Shown here: in pieces, positions 61,876-64,000 of the stretch
Layout: each line of letters opens with the position of its first letter
How positions within the stretch are numbered: position 1 is the stretch's first letter
From: Ginglymostoma cirratum
Lineage: Eukaryota
Reading direction: 5' to 3'
Assembly (NCBI GenBank): GCA_024137785.1
Contig: JAHRHZ010000263.1
Coordinates: 13,408,438 to 13,472,437 of the forward strand
DNA: 64,000 bases
Position numbers and translations under genes: made by a program
Notes under the pieces: model-generated
Told to the model about the DNA's origin: nothing
The model's input: only the letters and a program-made list of their open reading frames with translations
Database searches by the model: none

Positions 61876-62649
61876 ATAAGTCTTGAACTCTGTGCCTGTT
61901 ATTGAGGTTTTGAGCCTGGTTGCCCCTTTGTTCTTCCTTCTGCTGTTTTACTCCCCTGTGGCCATCCCCTGTAATGTTAGATTTTAATGTGTGAGACAGA
62001 GATCGAAGCTGTGCTCTCAAACTCCAACCACCATTAATCCTGTGGGTTGGCAATCCATCCTGTATTGATTAGCATTATAACTCAATAAAGCAAGTTTCAG
62101 GTCTTTGTTTTTGTTCAAAAACCTTATGCATTAATGCCTGTCTCTCAGCTCCTCAATTTTCTTTGAGGACAGGGAGGTGGACTGGTCCCACAAACAAAGT
62201 CATACTCATGTGTGAAAGTTTATAATTGCATATTTGCAAAATTGTGTCCATTGTCTGACACCTTAATGACCGAATCCCATGTTTTGAGTAAATTCATTTA
62301 TATTGAAGGATTGAACGACTCCATTGTTAGGATATTCTTCAAATGGTTAACCAGATTCCATATTGAATAATAATTAATAACTATAAATGAAGCTATTTTT
62401 ACCTTGAACTCAAACAACTGATCGTGGTTCATTTTGTTCTCAGTTGTTTGCAGCACCTGGAATACAGTTAACAAACATTTCTTGTATAAACTGAGTGGCA
62501 TGTGGCCACTAAACTGATTGTTGCATCCTCGTACCATACTTTTTGTTTAATTCTTATATATCCTTGATGATGTTTTTAAAGAATATCAAGCTGATGTGCT
62601 CTTGGTAAAACCAATCTCTCATTCAAGACCAGGAAGTTGTCAATGACAG

Positions 62650-62841
62650 TGAAATAAAAGCACAAAGTGCTGGAGAAACTCAGCAGATTTGGTAACACCT
62701 GCGGAGACAGAAACAGAGTTAACATTGAGACAAGACTGGACTTGAGATCTTAATTGCGTTTCTCTCTGCACAGAAGCTGCCAGACCTGTGTTTCTCCAGC
62801 ACTTTCTGATTCTTTTTTCCAGCATCTGCAGCATTTTGCTT
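62650..62841. mobile_element. Penelope-derived hairpin element (family C)
   Basis: Inverted arms; perfect 13-bp TSD ttgtcaatgacag (62637-62649 / 62842-62854). Confidence 0.85.
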
Positions 62842-63237
62842 TTGTCAATGACAGCAAGATGCTCAATGCTGTCCAGATTATTGGAGTAATTTCAGATTAT
62901 TGGTACATACTCTGGTCATCCTTCTAGACAATATTTGCAGATTTGAGTACATTCTTTAACTTGTTCTTAGAGACTTGCAACTTTCTCTCAGGGGAGATTC
63001 TGTGATAAGCATGTGTAGCTTTCAATTTCCTCAATGAAGTTATTCTGTTCAGTTTCATGGGTGGCATCCTAGAAAATGTGTCTCATGTTGTATGGTACTT
63101 TCCATGCACATATTCAGTGATTGAATTACACCTCATAACTGTTAATCTGAATTCTGGGCAGCATCTTGGTGATTTAGTTTAAGTTCAGAAGAATGACCAA
63201 TGGTTTATGATTAATACTTGATTTTGAACCCATCACA

Positions 63238-63568
63238 TTTTTTTATTCATTCATGGGATGAGGGCATTGCCGGCTAGAACAGCATTTATTGTCCATCCCT
63301 AATCGCCCAATGGGTAGTTAAGAGTCAACCCTGTTGCTGAGGATCTGGAGTCACATGTAAGCCAAACCAGGTAAGGATGGCAGTTTCCTTCCCTAAGGGT
63401 CATTAGTGAACCAGGTGGGTTTTTCCAACAATTGACAATGGATACATGCTCATCGTTTGGATCCTAATTCCAGACATCATCATGGCATTTGAATCTGGGT
63501 CCTCAGAACATTACATGGGCCTATGGATTAACAGTCCAGTGATAACGCCACTGAGCCATTGCCTCCCC
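63238..63568 (-). mobile_element. tRNA-headed SINE associated with family B LINE
   Basis: Closely similar to 48352-48697. Confidence 0.85.
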
Positions 63569-63661
63569 ATGACTGGCAAAATTTCACACATCCCCGTTAA
63601 TGTTAAAGTTCCTGTTTCTATTGTGATATAATGTTGTTTTGCCTTTATTTTACATGATCTC

Positions 63662-63830
63662 AGGGGAACAGTAAATTGTCCTGTGGTGTCCAGGGGTGTG
63701 CAGGCTAGGTGGATCAGCCATGGGAAATGCAGGGTTATGGGATAGGATAGGAGAGTGGGTCTTTGGAGGGTCAGTGCAAACTTGTTGGGTTGAATTGCTT
63801 CTATCTGTAGCGGAAGGCTTCTATGATTCA
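63662..63830 (+). mobile_element. HE1-type SINE, 3' half
   Basis: taaattgtcctgtggtgtccagggg..caggctaggtggatcagccatgggaaatgc...ttctatgatt. Confidence 0.75.
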
Positions 63831-64000
63831 GACAATGTATCTGCCAGTACTGTACTTGGTAAATGTGGATCGTAATGTGCTAAAATTTCCAAAGAGATTA
63901 AAAGTTTTTTAATCCTTTCAAAAGCAAGGTCCACATTCCAGCACCATTGTTGACCCTGTCTCCAAAGCTGTTCTAAGATTTTGTTGCCATCTGCCAAACA

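Noticed and set aside
1-64000. CRISPR array or prokaryotic operon/defence system
   Set aside because: No regularly spaced repeat-spacer array and no gene-dense region; the content is vertebrate repeat DNA.

Overview
This window is repeat-dominated vertebrate genomic DNA. The repeat families (HE1-type SINEs with CR1/HER1-type tails, DeuSINEs, Neptune-type Penelope elements) point to an elasmobranch (shark). I could not identify an intact host gene; it reads as a large intron or intergenic region. It contains many 5'-truncated CR1 LINE copies, some nested, and a second CR1-like LINE family with a tRNA-like 5' head plus a matching short SINE. It also holds L2 remnants, Ty3/Gypsy remnants with recognisable LTR and tRNA-Leu primer sites, Harbinger remnants and one 400-N gap. 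The most notable signal is a set of Penelope-derived hairpin elements from at least three families. They range from a 1.6-kb copy encoding a GIY-YIG endonuclease down to 130-220 bp copies. Most have 7-16 bp target-site duplications and a tail on one arm only; the better-preserved copies carry a minimal hammerhead-ribozyme core (CTGANGA-stem-GAAA), sometimes back-to-back on both strands. All family assignments come from recalled motifs, not database searches, and boundaries of decayed repeats are approximate.
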